A stretch of DNA of 64,000 nucleotides, taken from contig NMRA01000189.1 in the NCBI GenBank assembly GCA_002633005.1, positions 224,264 to 288,263 of the forward strand, given 5' to 3'. The stretch comes from Phoronis australis (Eukaryota > Animalia > Phoronida). The position numbers and the translations under genes are program-made. The notes under the pieces were generated by a model that saw nothing but the letters and a program-made list of their open reading frames with translations, ran no database searches and was not told the DNA's origin. This document shows, piece after piece, positions 12,048 through 27,000 of the stretch; position 1 is the first letter of the stretch, and each line of letters opens with the position of its first letter.

Positions 12048-15000
12048 CTGCAGAATAAGACAAGTTACATTAGTCATTTTATAATTTTTTCCATATTCTT
12101 GACTACTCAGTGTCGAACCTAGCATTTTGCGATCGAAGGCCCTCAAAATACTAACTTCACGTTTACAGTCTATTGTGCAACGTTAAGAATTTCAAGGTAA
12201 AATTCTTTCTTCTAACATTGTTCCACAGCTGTGAGAACACTACACACTTGCACTAAAGTAGAGAAGATGTTTACTATCTTGCCACATCGAGAACTTTCCA
12301 GTTAAAAACATTTTGACACTAATACAATATCAACACAGTCACACTTAATACTACACCGCAGTGACTTGATAACCAATTTCAATTTTACATGACTTCATAG
12401 TAGCTCTCGATCAAGTTATTTACTTACTTGTACTCTAGCTCTCCTAGCAGGTCTATTCCCACCTTCAGTTCTGCCTCCGGGTTGCTCGTCTCTACGGTTG
12501 TGCCGACAATGGCGTAGAAGAAGCCTTCGGCGGCAACACGGTGGTTGTTAGACATAACCAGCACGTAGATGTCTGAAACAAGAGTTTGTAGTTGTTGACA
12601 TATGTAGAGTATTGCTTCCTGGGTTCAGAATGAACGGAGAGCGTACACTTGATAGTTCTCTTCACCGTAATTGTGAAAGGATCTATCAGAGAACAACATT
12701 CCTAGATTGGTCATGTCCTATTTCTAAAACTAAACGTGCCATGTGAGCATAACACTTGTCCAGTTTGTTGTATGACAAGTACATCCTTCATCAATACCAA
12801 TGTGACCAACACAGACACTTAGACCTAATGGCAAATCTTGTGTGAAAATGTAAAATGTACAGCAAAATACATGCAAAGGTAAATACTAAGTGATTATGCA
12901 ATGTCATTATTGCAACTCAGCATAGTGGAACTGCTGTAACCGAATCAACTTTTAATGATAGAAAACCAGTAGAGTTGGCTTTTAACTGGTAGAACTATCC
13001 ACATAACATTATCACCTGTACAGGTACAGTAAATCTCACACAAGTGGGGAGAACACAACTCTGATATTGCCCCACCTCTAATTAAGTTCGGCGTTCCGAT
13101 CATACCGCGTGCAACAAATCACCTGCCTGAGTGTCACGCGCTGTGCACAAACATAAAAATGATCAGTTTTCAGACCTTCATGCGCTGCTTCGCTGTAAAG
13201 TTGGGACATCGAAATTGGTACATTATAACCACATGAACAGTGTAACTGTGGTTGTTGAAAACGGAGTATAAGAAGGGTATTTTATATCAGAGAAAAATGG
13301 GACTTGCAAAAAGGAATGCTATATGTGAACAAACGTTACAAAAAGGTTCTTAGTAACGAGATCTGGTGGTTAACTTTTACACAGCCCAATCCAGAAGCAC
13401 AAAAAACCATCTATGCCAATCCTCCTAGTAGAGTGTACTTAGTTTTGTAACACAAACTGTAAGTCGAGCCAATAAATACTTCCTGCATCGTACGGTTCTC
13501 CACACGAAATGGATGCATCTTAGTCACATTCATGTGATACCTTCCATCTCATATCTAAGTGATACAGAAGTCCATGCAACTGACAGCAAGGCAGACAACT
13601 CTGTTTCAGCATGCTTCCTACACCAGTGCAGCTAAATAATGAGATTCATACACTAGTGAAAGGAAGCAGACGCGATCAATACTCCCGATTTCACCAGCAG
13701 TCGCTTCTGCGAAACTCTAAGACAGTGTGGCCCTCCCCCTATAGGCACTTACCTGAATTCCTATTCACTTGGTGTTGAGGGATGATGATTTGGCAAGACG
13801 TGGAACCAGCTTTTGTGTCTTTGACCATGTGCTTCATTATACAGTACGCTCGCACCACCTGTGAACGAAATGGGGAACTAAACGAATATAATGTGAAGAC
13901 AGAGGCAGAAGTATACAGTATCGATAGGTGAAAACACTGACCTGACAGGATGAACTGAAGGTCTTTAAACACCAATCCTCAACACCACAGCACCCAGAAC
14001 AAGCAGACCTAACGAGGAATGAGCCATTTCCAGGAAATTTTGTTTGGAAAAAACAATATATTGAATAACACAAATGAGGGCGATATATATATAACAACGA
14101 GTAATGCTAAACATTCCATAATAGTCAACAGCCCAAAATAACAGCCATAACATCAACAAAATAAAAAAACCAATAACTTACAAGTACAAATTATTAGACA
14201 GAAGATGAATGGCAAGAAGTTAAAGTGACCTTCACTAAATAATTTACAACTTCCTATTGTAACGAAAGATAAGGCATCCCTGTTAACGGCACGACATACA
14301 CTACAAATAATACGCTCGTTTAGTGAAACTTGACCTTAAGGCAAGACAGAAATTGGGCTGACTTGAGACAAATCTCAACCTCGTTCCATGAAATTTCTTA
14401 ATACCGGAGTTACGATTGAAAACTGTCTTAGCTAAGACCAACAGTGAACCTGCTATGAAATCAACCTCAAAAAATTAATGCCTGTCATTTTACTGTAGAC
14501 TAATTAGAGGCAACTTTCTCATTGATATTTCAGTTTATCTTTTACAATCAAGAGACCCTAAACAATACCAAATTGAACAATGCCTGCCCTCAGCAACCAC
14601 CACAGCAGAGACAAAGCAGTGGAATTTACATGCACTTAATAACTGACATTTTCCAGTCATATATCAGTTCCTTCCCAGTGAAATAAAGTTCAACTCGTAG
14701 TAATGGATGTTGTAAATAAATACCCATAAAGAGTTTATATTGTATTAAAACAATTTTTAAACTGTATATTAAAACTATGGTCTTAACTTAGACAAATTGT
14801 TAGTCTTTAAGGCTGAAGTCACTTTTCATACAACAGGCAGCTGGTCTTGGCTATGTGGCCATATTAGTCTCACTCACTCAACAAGTTGTGAGGGCACATT
14901 ACCTGTCCAACTTTCTTACAACGGTCCATGGCGTAGGTGGGATCACAGATCACCTGCTTGCACCTGGCCACCTCACCTTGTGACTTGACTCCCACAACCT

Positions 15001-18000
15001 TGCCATTCTCGAAGACAATCTCATCCGTTGGTTTATCCAACATGTATGTACCACCATAGATGGCGCTCAACCTGAAATCGGTAGTCAACTTGCAGTGGTT
15101 TGAAGCTTAAGAGTGCCGCCAAGTTATTGTGCACAAAGAAGCTGCATATGTGAAGAGAGTTGAAGTTGACACTTAAGAACTAAATAAATGCTAAAAAGCT
15201 GATGGCAGTGTCAAGATATTGGCTTACAACTAGTCTAACATACCTGGCGAAGGCCTGAGGGAGCTCGCCGAGACCATAGAGCGGGTAAAGGAAGGGCGAC
15301 TGGCCATGACGGGACACAGAGCCTGCGTAAAGCTTCAGTCTCTTCATCAGCTCTTGGTACAACTTAGACTTGTAGCTAAGAAAGGTAGAATAATAATAGC
15401 AATAACAACAACAATGGTAGTCCAGATATCATTCCATACATTTTTCTCATTTTTAGTTTTGTCAGTCCAGTGCTCTGGCAGCACAGGAGTCTTGTGAGTT
15501 AAACTGGCAAAATACTAGAGTATTTACTATAGTCATTGCATACCAGCAATGTATGGATTTCAAGCACGTGTTTCTTTTAAAATATACACTAACACGATCC
15601 TACATAATGATTTTCGATACACTGAAATAGAAGAAAGTCATCAAACAAAATCCTAGACAGACAGTAAACAAAGTTGGATTTTGTATTGCTAGTAGTGAAA
15701 AGGCGCTTTCTATTAAGCACTACTTTGTATTGCACAGAAATTTGTGAACACAGACAAGCTAATTATGAGTACATCTTCATTATCAACAGAAACTCTTTAA
15801 AACTACAAGCAAAAGGGGTGAAAGCACAAGACATCAAACACTGCCAGGTCCCGCTTCCAGGGCCAATAATCGCTGCAAACTCAAAATTCACAATAAAAAA
15901 TTCATGACAAGTCACTGCCTAACTTTTACACACGTATCCGAGGAAGGCAAGTGAGACAGGATACTTTCTTCAGGGACTTAAATTTTCATCCGGTCACTAA
16001 ACAGTCTTTTTATTTTGTTACCTCAGTGTTCAGAAGAGCTTATGGTGGGATGAAATTATTCAAACCAGCTACATGACTTCTAGCAGAAATTGAAAAAGTG
16101 ACGGCCTTACAGTTTAACAAAAGGTTTTGTGGTCTTAAGACGTATGTCTGAACCGTAAATGAGGGCATATTTACACATCTAAGGTACTAAGTGCACACAC
16201 CAAAATTAGAGCCGCAATGTTTATCTCACAAGCTCAATTTTGCTTCCAGTTTTTGAAAATTGTACCTAACCAAGAAGTCAAAAAGCTGTTAACATATTTA
16301 AAATTAACAAATACCCACAGGCTACTTGTTTCAAGGTCTGCAGGCAAAGTTGGGAAAACCCGGGTAGTCTTTCCATTTAGGAAACCCTGTCCACACAAAC
16401 CAACCTACACAAATGCAAACATATTAAGCATTTACTCGGCCGCTGAGGGTTGAACTTACTTGTCACTAGTGAAGAGCGCCAGTGCATGACCGATAATGTC
16501 CTGCGTGTTGGCGTCCACCCCAAAGTTGTCGTAGACCTGCTGTATTGTCGTACTGTTCGTGAACTGACCGTGGCTTTTGGGGTTGTTCTCATCCCAGTCG
16601 TTGGCAAAAGTCATTAACTTCATAAACCTTCGTTTCTCAAAGATGCCCATAAGACCTACAATATACATCTTACCGTAATAGTCATGCTTTCACCGTAGCA
16701 ATCATAGCCACAGATCAAACCTGGTCCAGATAAAATCCTTCCACCTTCAGTCTCTTTTCTGATCTTGTTACAACCAAGACCTTAAATGTTAATGGCAAAC
16801 ATTTCATGCGACAGGACTAAGAGTCAGACTGTCATCCCGAGACTGCTGGAAATTGATATTTTCTTCGCATGTACTCAATACCACCCGTGTTAGTACAAGC
16901 ATATTAGAGCAAGAATATGGCTATAAGCAGCGTTTTAATGACTGGGGTTAACGTAATTGAAACACCTGGCCACGGAATTGTTACCACACTCTGAAGCAGG
17001 TGATGAATGAACCGATGTCCAAACATACATCAGAGTACAAGCACGCTTAGGTTCACAGACACACTTTAGGACAGTAGTATTCCTTAATGCACTTAGTTCA
17101 ACAACACCCTGCGTCCTCATAGTGCAGGTATGTACCCTCGAACATATACATGAATATTATAATTCCAGCAGAGTTTTGAATTTTCTGTTGTGACGAACAC
17201 TGCATTGTAGTAAAACGGGATCAACGTCGGCAAGACCGAACACGCCATACTCACTAAACCCTATTCCTTCCTTATCATTGGCTGGCACCTTGTGAACCTT
17301 TCCACCCTTGTAGACGTACGAGCCCTCGCAAATTTTGAACTCCAAGTAGCGAGTAACGCCCGTCTGGATCAGCAGAGACACCAGCTTGCCTACAACGCAA
17401 GGATAAGAGAATGACATGTTACACTTGGAAGCACTGAGCTCAAATTTTGAGCCTCCACACTCAAATTATTTACAAAGCTCAAATTCTCAGTATCTAATCT
17501 CAGCACTCACACTTTACTGTCTCACGTTTTAACCACTGCAGCCAGAATCTTATAATTTTCATCACTGACAATTATTCTAAATATTTACAGCAAAATTTGA
17601 CCGAGAACACATAACATGGTAATCTTCCTTTGTTGTTGCTATTGACAGCATTTCATCGTCCCGCCGAAACTCAACTTCAATCCTGGTGACAATGGTAAGA
17701 ACACTGACGTGTAACACGAAGCACGTCAATTTTCACTTCCAAAAGTATGCACCAAAACATTCTAAAACCTCAGGAAGAAATTCGAGCGACACATTTCCTA
17801 GTCATGTAGTCCACCAACAGGCACACATCCAAAACCTCAAGTATTCTGAATGTGCCTTGTTTGCGTAAACTGTACGACTGTTTAGATATTTACTAATTCA
17901 CTGTCTTGATTTTGTTGGATTAGCAAAGCTCGCTAGTTCACGGAAACTGGATTTACCATCATCTAGCGAAGAAACTTAGGCTAATATGCAAAGCCTCTAT

Positions 18001-21000
18001 TTACCTAACACTTACCTTGCTGTCATTTACAACTGTTCAAAATAAACAAACTCCATTTACTTGCCCCTCTCTCTCATTATTGTTACAAAGGAAAGTCTGT
18101 TATCGACTTCAAAATAATTCACTCTTGAATCGTGCACAAGTCGTTTGTTATCGACATGTATCGAGAGACGCTGATCAATTTGTTCAGAAACATGGTTTAC
18201 TTAGAATGACATGCTCAAAACTACAAACATGTGATACAGAAAACGATTCTGGCGTTTCTGATCATTGTGAGAATAAGTGAAAAAGAAATTCCTTCCAATG
18301 CAGACTTACCGTCAGCCATCAGAAACTTGGGAATCAAGTCGATGTTCCAGTCTCTGCCCTTGCCAAACTTTGACACATCTGAGGGTGTTTGGCCCATTTT
18401 TTCAAAAAACTACAATGAGTAACAACAGTGAGAGAATAGAATGAAGCAGGTGTCGATACCAGGGTGGAAAACAACCCAGCAACTGGAGTCAAAAATAATC
18501 TGGCAAGTCAACTGTGGACACAGTGCACCATTAAAGTATTTCGTTCACCTAGATTTTTGTGAGAAAAGCGAGACATCACAAAACTGACTCAAGTGAAAGG
18601 CGTATGTTTTGTGAGTATCCTCCAGACTTAGACTTAGCAAAATGGCAGCCACAGAAGTGACTGGTCAGTGAGATTGGACTATTGAATTGTGGGAATGAAT
18701 ACAGCGTTTTCATTCAGTTTCTATGAGCAAAAGCGAACATAGTTTGTCGCGGGTGCAAACTAATGTCCCATGGTTTACAGAATTCAACCTTGGGCTCAGG
18801 AGACAATTTCTGGCTATCAGATTTGACATCAAGCAGAAGTATTCAAATATGAGGACAATGAAAATGGTTAAAAGTACAAGAAACCATGTTTTCAGTTGGT
18901 TTTACCTGGATTTCCAATGCGCATACCACTACATAAAAACCTAACCACTGTTTCTCTGAGCCAGATCACATTTATTCTCCACCAGTACACATTGCAAAAC
19001 AATACGACTGTTTTAGTCTATATTGCTGTACAATGGACAACTTGAGGTCAACACGCACAATTCCAACAGCAGCAAGTTCCGCGCTGGCCCGACAAAACAC
19101 TGCACAGCATAATTTGCACTACACGGGCCCCATCAGACATCCACAGCACAGTAATCACCACGACTGAGAAAGCCAGTTAAGAGGCAAAATCTTATAGTGT
19201 AGTTACCACAATGAGCTCAGGTCTGTGACGACAGACACGGGGCGCAATTTGTACCACAGAATCATTTTGTCACACTGGGAAGTAGGAATCACATTGATTC
19301 AAACAAAACAGCTGTAGTCATAGACAACAGACCCATTACATAGGAATTGAGTTTACTCACGTCTTCAATAGGTGTCATTGATGCAGATTCACCGCCGTAG
19401 TACTTGTTCCTGTCCATGTGAAGCACCTTCTTACCAGATGTGGACATCATGCCACTCAGGATACACTCCTGAAACACAACAGGCATGTCAACACTGCTCA
19501 GCAAATGACAGGCTAAAATGAATCCAGACACGTCACTTATGTTGTGGGAATGACACACATACTTCTAATCAGCTCTAATAAAAGTCAATTTCACAGGCTC
19601 TAGCAGAGAAGGAAGACAACGAGAAGACGGATACTCATATTGAGCGAAAAAAGAAGAACACAGAATTTGATAGACTCCTTAGTATAACTGCAAAATGCAC
19701 TAAGTTTGTTACTGAGTACCACAAAACGTTGGAACAATAATAATATTGTTGAACACATTTAAGATAAGGATCTCCATTTTGTCATGAAAAAAGTACCAAA
19801 ACCACAATGATTTATAAGACACAAGTACATGCCAACATCAGAGTTTGCCAATGCAATTTCAGATTTCATTTGGTGACCTGGTAAAAATCCCAAGTCGCAA
19901 TGCACACACTCAAAATACAGCAGGAAGTAAATGGACAGGAGCCGAAATTGTTCTGCAAAATCTGTATGAGTCGATTCATGACTCAGGCGTGTCCTGCTTC
20001 TCCATTAGTCATTTCCAACTGTTGCCAACAACGCCTCGTTTGTAGAGACTACGACTTTTGTGCATCGGTTATCTTGCTTAGGTGACCACATTTCCCAATT
20101 GTCAACTCGGGAATTTCGCAGTCACATTTGACGAGTTGGCACCATGCTAAGTGTTGCACCTCAAACGTATTTCATGACACAAAACGACTATTCAACTGAG
20201 AAAGCAAGAGGAAGACAACAATACCAGACAGAATTGACAAATTACTTCTTGAAATTAAGACACAGATTAGTGCGTATTTACTCTAATTACACCTTGCCAC
20301 CTTAATTATGCTTAAATCTCCCCAATTCAGGAAACAGTAAGGTAGACAAGTGAAATTCCATTTTAAATTTTAACAAGAGCAACGCGGAGCACTGAAATGC
20401 GCCCACCAAGGCACCGCAAACGGTGTGCTTCTAGGGGTGTTTATTTGTATCACAGAAATGGCCACCAGATGGCACAAAATAAGTCGAATCCATCCGTAAA
20501 CGGGAACTTGTCATCGCTTCTTCAACAGAAAGCTATTTACCAAATTATCATAAAAATCCGTCACGGAACTTCAGAGAAACAGAGGAAAACATAAAAAATG
20601 AAATTGACACTAGGGGGCTATAGACACAAAAAACATAACTGCCACTAGGAGGCACAACGGTAGTGGAAGTCCTCGGAAAATCATCGTCAACCATCCTCGT
20701 CATACTAAGAACACATAAGCCAATTTTCCCAACCATGCTTAGTGATCTGGTTGATAGAGAGGCAGACGCAAAAACAGACAACAGTAAAAATGGCCACTAG
20801 ATGGGCACAATATATCGAATCCATCCGAAAACAGGAACAATAACATGTCATGTTTCAAAAGAAAGCTATTTACCAAAGTTCACAAAAATCCGTCAAGGAG
20901 CTTAAAGTAGAGCAACAGAGGAAAACAGAAAAAAAAATAAATTGCCACCAGGGGGCACAGCGTTTGTTGGATTCATCTGAAAGTTGTCACCATCCATTGT

Positions 21001-24000
21001 CAACTTCATACAAATATAATTGCTTAATTTAATAAAGATCCTGCAGAGTTTGGGAGATACAGCCATGGTCGTAAATAAAACAAAGCTGCCACTAGGAGGT
21101 GTCACACTCACAGTAGTTGAGGTCATCGGAAAACCATTGACAGCCATCCTCTTCAGAGTAAAAACTTATGTGCCAATTTCCACAATCATCCTTAGAGTGG
21201 TTTGGTTGACTGAGGGGTGGACGCCAAAAACTCTAAAACAATAAAAATGGCCACTAGGTGGCACAAAATACCTTGAATCAATGCGAAAACGTATGGATAG
21301 CCTATCTGAGAAATTTTATGGAAATCCATTGAGGACTTTTGAAGATATAGAAGTAAATGTAAAAAAACTAAAATTGCCACTAGGGGGCACACCGGTAGTC
21401 CGATCTGTCCGAAAGTCGTCGTCGTCCATTGTCAACTTCTTATAAATACATTTGCTAAATTTAATAAAGACCCTGTGCAGCGTTTATGAGATACAGCCAT
21501 GGGCACAAAAACAAACAAAACTGCCACTAGGAGGCGCCATAGTATTGGAAGCGTCGGAAAATCATAGACAGCCGTCTTCTTCACAGTAGGAACATATATG
21601 CAAATTTTCACAATTATCCATAGTGGTTTGGTTGACAGAGGGACGGACTAGAAAACAGTAACAATGGCGCAAAATACCTCGAATCCATCTGAAAACGGAA
21701 GGACAGCGTCATCTCACTAATAGATGCCTAACTTCCAAATTTTATGAAAATCTGTTGAGGACCTCCGAAGATAAACAGATAAGCGTAACAGACTAAAATT
21801 GCCACAAGGGTGTACACCTGTATTCAGATAGGTCTGAAATTCGTCGTCATCCGTCATAAGCTTCATAGGAACACATCTGCCAAATCTCATCAAGATCCTG
21901 TGAGTGGCTTAGGAGATACAGCTGCGGACCCCGGACACCCAAATGACAGCGATATGCACATACATAAATATGTAGATGCATAAAAATTATCACTGTATAC
22001 TGTCTATAGATCACTGGAAAATGTCAGAAACCTTTGAAAACAGATTTAGGCAAATATTTTTGGACTAAAATTTACAAAATATGTACGCAAGATCATTTAT
22101 TCAGACGACACAATCTGATACTGAAACTTCATACATACACAAGCACCAACTTGCTCCAATATTAGGAAGTCTACATTTGCTCAATTTTTGACAGGCTTGC
22201 CATGCTGTCAAACTCAGCCCCATATACCTTGAAACAATCACCCTTTGTACAATACCACTGGATTACCAATCTTAGTACAGGCTGGAAAAGACTCATTGAT
22301 TTTCCCCACTTTATTGATCAGACTGCTTGGCTTTTGGGAAAAACCTAGTATGAAGTTAGCCATGAGCACAGCTCTATTGGGAACTCTTGAAACACCCATA
22401 CATCATAGATGAGGGAAACTAGGCAATTTGTTCAAGATGGCTAAACAACGTGACTAAAGAAGATGATAGTAGCTAAATCCCTAAATACCACAATGCCTTC
22501 ACAGATTCTGAGACATATACCCACAATGCTGTGCATCAGTAGAGCACTTGTTCCACATGCGCACTGTTGCCATGCAAAAAAGTATATTACATACTTGGTT
22601 TGCGCTTCACCATTATAATACCAATAAGGCTTTTTACTTTTGCAAAGTGAGTCGAAATGATGAAATGAGAAATATGAGAGGCTGAGGTATGATAAATCGT
22701 TATCCACCAGTCAGAGAAGTTAGGCTAGCACCATAGCTATGATCTCTTCTGACTCGTAATTGGTCATAGAAATAACATGGAGTATCTCAGCAATGCTGGC
22801 TCTCCCAACAAGGGCACAGTCTAGTCCAATCATCACAATAACTTTCATTTTCTTGAACATGTTGACGTCCACTGTGTAACTACAACACAATCATAATCTC
22901 AATCTTCCCATATACTGTGCAAGTGTAAACACAGTACTTACCTGGGCTTTTTACGAACTTGTGTCATTCATAGCTCAATTTTTTAATTTTGTATTTTATA
23001 ACAAGACTTCACTTTATTACTATTAAGTTGTGTCTTGGGCTGCCTAGAACACTGCTTGAGGGGTTTATTTCAAGATCACATACCCAAGTTTCTAATGACT
23101 GCCTCCCCCTGAGAATATTAGATGGCTACTTGGAACAACAAAACTGTATTATGCACTGGCAGCTAGTGTTGGACACCAGCCGTCCACAGGCACATTTTTC
23201 CAGAGGTGCCGACTAAGGTGAACCCATGACCCGGAGATGCACTGGCAGCTAGTGTTGGACCCCAGTCATCCACACGCACATTTTTCCAGGGGTGCCGACT
23301 AAGGTGAACCAATGACCCGGAGACGCATGACAGGTAGACAACACAAACTCTCCCATAAAATGCAAGAAACCCTCAGCTCCACACGATCAAAAAGAATCTT
23401 AAGAATTTTGTTTCCAGATGTGACATACAGCTGTAAATCACAGTACCATATTCGCCGTAATAACCGCCCNNNNNNNNNNNNNNNNNNNNNNNNNNNNNNN
23501 NNNNNNNNNNNNNNNNNNNNNNNNNNNNNNNNNNNNNNNNNNNNNNNNNNNNNNNNNNNNNNNNNNNNNNNNNNNNNNNNNNNNNNNNNNNNNNNNNNNN
23601 NNNNNNNNNNNNNNNNNNNNNNNNNNNNNNNNNNNNNNNNNNNNNNNNNNNNNNNNNNNNNNNNNNNNNNNNNNNNNNNNNNNNNNNNNNNNNNNNNNNN
23701 NNNNNNNNNNNNNNNNNNNNNNNNNNNNNNNNNNNNNNNNNNNNNNNNNNNNNNNNNNNNNNNNNNNNNNNNNNNNNNNNNNNNNNNNNNNNNNNNNNNN
23801 NNNNNNNNNNNNNNNNNNNNNNNNNNNNNNNNNNNNNNNNNNNNNNNNNNNNNNNNNNNNNNNNNNNNNNNNNNNNNNNNNNNNNNNCATCCACACGCAC
23901 ATTTTTCCAGGGGTGCCGACTAAGGTGAACCAATGACCCGGAGACGCATGACAGGTAGACAACACAAACTCTCCCATAAAATGCAAGAAACCCTCAGCTC

Positions 24001-27000
24001 CACACGATCAAAAAGAATCTTAAGAATTTTGTTTCCAGATGTGACATACAGCTGTAAATCACAGTACCATATTCGCCGTAATAACCGCCCCTATAAGGGC
24101 CCCCCCCAAGCGTTTTCAGACTTTGCTGAAATAAGCGCCCAGTCCATGAACGTGTACGTGCGAACAATGACGTACCTACAGTCCTAAAACTCGGCTACAG
24201 TAACGTCTTCAGTTTATCAAAAAAAATTTGCACGGGTCGTCTAGGCCACCAGCGGCACTGCTACGTTTGTATTTAGTCGTGACTATACACTTCAAAGTAA
24301 TGCAGCGCTTAAAAAGAACGCAACAGCGTTACTACTCTCGCGACGACCGTGTCCTACTATGGTCTGACCTTTCAGTACAGACTGTCTCACGAATAAAAAT
24401 AACTTGGTGTTAAACGCACGTGGCCGGGAAGCGCGCGCTACATATATGAACCTGTCATCAAAGATATTACTTGGGGAACTATCCATTCATGAAACGGGTA
24501 GCATAGCGTCGGTAAGAAATAAATATTGGCACTAATTTCCGACAATTTCTAATACCGTAAAACATGTTTGCCTTATTTTTGAGATAGATTGTTTGATTAA
24601 CCATAATTGGTGTTTTGAAGCCGAATATCCGATAAAATGACAACTGACAGTGAATGCTTACACACCCTTACACCGAAAAATAACTGTCAGATAGTTACGT
24701 ACGCATCCAGCTACATGGCGGCTAATATGGGCCTTACCGAGACAAATTTCGAACGTTTTTAGCACGAGACCGGCAAGTGCTGAATGAAACACGTTCTGGT
24801 TTAGGTCTACTGCTTGTGCGAATTTCTTTAGACAAAACCAATGCACATCTAGCTCGTTAGATTGCGTGGCTCTGGCCAAAAGACGGTCTCTGCTTTGGCA
24901 AATGAAGTCTGGTGACACGCACGCGCTCGCTTACTCACAAATGCAGACGAACTTCAAAACAAACGTCACGTGACATCAACATGTGTGTTTGTCCAGACAT
25001 TTTTCTCGCCGTGTTGCCGATCATACATGTAGATGGCACGATGTTGCACAGATTTGTACTTAAACCTGCCGTTAATCCAGACTCCACGGGAACTTAAAAA
25101 AATCTTAGAGACGTTAGGAAACTAATGAAGATTTCAGATAATTTACTTGAGTCGAAACTATTTTTAATCAAGCTTTGAAGTCGCCATATCGAAGACGGCG
25201 ATTTCGAGGCAGTCAGTTGGCGAGTTTTCGCTCTGGGATTCCAGCACAATTTTCTGTAAAATGATCTTAATTAAGTAGCAAAGTTTGATAACAATGCACC
25301 ACACTTTTGTTGAAAGTCTTTCATAGATTACAGATACGTCACAGAGCGTAAATTTGATGGATCTTAGCTTCCGATTTCACCCGTTTCGGAGACCGGGTTT
25401 CAACCGCCTTGGGTTATAATAAGCGCCCCCCTGAACCGAACTTTTCTAAGCGCCCTAGGCGGTTATTATGGCGAATACGGTAGTTGTTTTTTGGGACATA
25501 GGCTTGCATGGTCAGATCACATGCCAGCAGCAAATGTTCACTCTCTGGCCCATAGGTTTGCATGGTCAGTTCAAATGCCAGCAGCAAATGTTTGCTCTTT
25601 GGGCCAAAGGTTTGCAAGGTCAGTTCACATGTCAGCAGCAAATGTTCACTCTTTGGCCCATATGTTAGTATGGTCAATTCACATGCCTGCAGTAAATGTA
25701 TCTCTTTGGCCCATAAGTTTACATGGTCAATTTACATGCCAGCAGTAAATGTTTGCTCTGGGCCATAGGCTTGCATGATCAATTCGCATGCCAGCAGCAA
25801 ATGTTCATTCTCTGGCCCATAGGTTTGCACGGTCAGTTCACATGCCAGCAGCAAATGTTTGCTCTTTGGCCCATAAGTTCGTATGCTTAGTCCACAAGCC
25901 AGCAGCAAATGTTCTACATCAGCTGTGGACATATGGATCTTTCTACAGTACTTATGTTGCACCACGTGACTTACGGTTATGACACAAGGCCAATTCAGAT
26001 CCTCCACATAACCCGCTAATGGCCAATTGCCTCTTGGTCGAACAGTTTGGACGCTCGACTCGGGCCTTTATCCAGGATTTCGAAAATAGGGTGTCCAAAA
26101 TGGGGTTCCCAATATTCCAGGGTGTCCATAATTCCGACGCTTAACCCCCCACCCCCAGCAGTCCCCCCAAACACAGATTTTTTTACAAAAAATGCATAGA
26201 CCAAGGTTTTTACATCTAAGTTTATATTTCTTCCTGCTTTGAAAAAAGAGCCCCCACTGAGCCTTCAGAGGCTTCCTAGTAATCATTACAATGTGTGTGT
26301 TCAAACTTGAAAGGTTCCTATTGACAGTGGGCGTCCAAATGATACATTGGGCGTCCTTGCCAGAGGTCCAAATTAGTGCTTGGGCGTCCAAATGGAGGGC
26401 GTACACTGCATAAAGGCCTGGCTCGATTCCATGCCAAAAATCCCAAGTTAATGTCTTGATACTTGTGGATTTATCAAAACCAGTGCTCAACAAAGGCAAG
26501 AACCACAAAACTCTGGCATGTAAATACGGTTTCCAAGTGGCAGATGGAGAGTGTCAGTCTGGTGGTGGTGAATCCAGAATGTTCACAAGGAGAGCATCGC
26601 TGAGGACAAGGGAAGTGTTGCCGAGGACAAATTCTAAGGGTGTTGTTGCTGAAATCTGTAGCCAGGAGGTACGCCTGTTCCATGGAAAGCGAAAATGTTA
26701 CTGTAAGTCGTCACACCCAGAACCGGAAATTCGCAACTTACTGCAAATTTCTCTGTACTGGGAATCAGTTACAATCAAGGCAGTTTAAGAGCCCACTTCC
26801 TCTGGAACTGAATAAGAAGCAGCAAACCCTGAATTGTAACTGACTATGCCTTTATTTTCTCAGTAAAACCCAAAGGTGTGGCTAGCAAACGGGTGACCTC
26901 CCCATAACCCTCTGTACGTTACAAACCTTGAGCATATCGACTATAATGGAGGCCTGGCTTCAATTTCCGTGACGAAATGAAGGACTATTTGGAAATAAAT

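Noticed and set aside
23267-24090. Long ORFs across the gap and an apparent 200-bp tandem duplication
   Set aside because: The ORFs consist of N-derived X residues, and identical flanks on both sides of a gap indicate an assembly overlap.
25414-26007. Repetitive ORFs ([15 protein letters not shown]...)
   Set aside because: Products of a 53-bp minisatellite whose unit is not a multiple of 3; no splice support.
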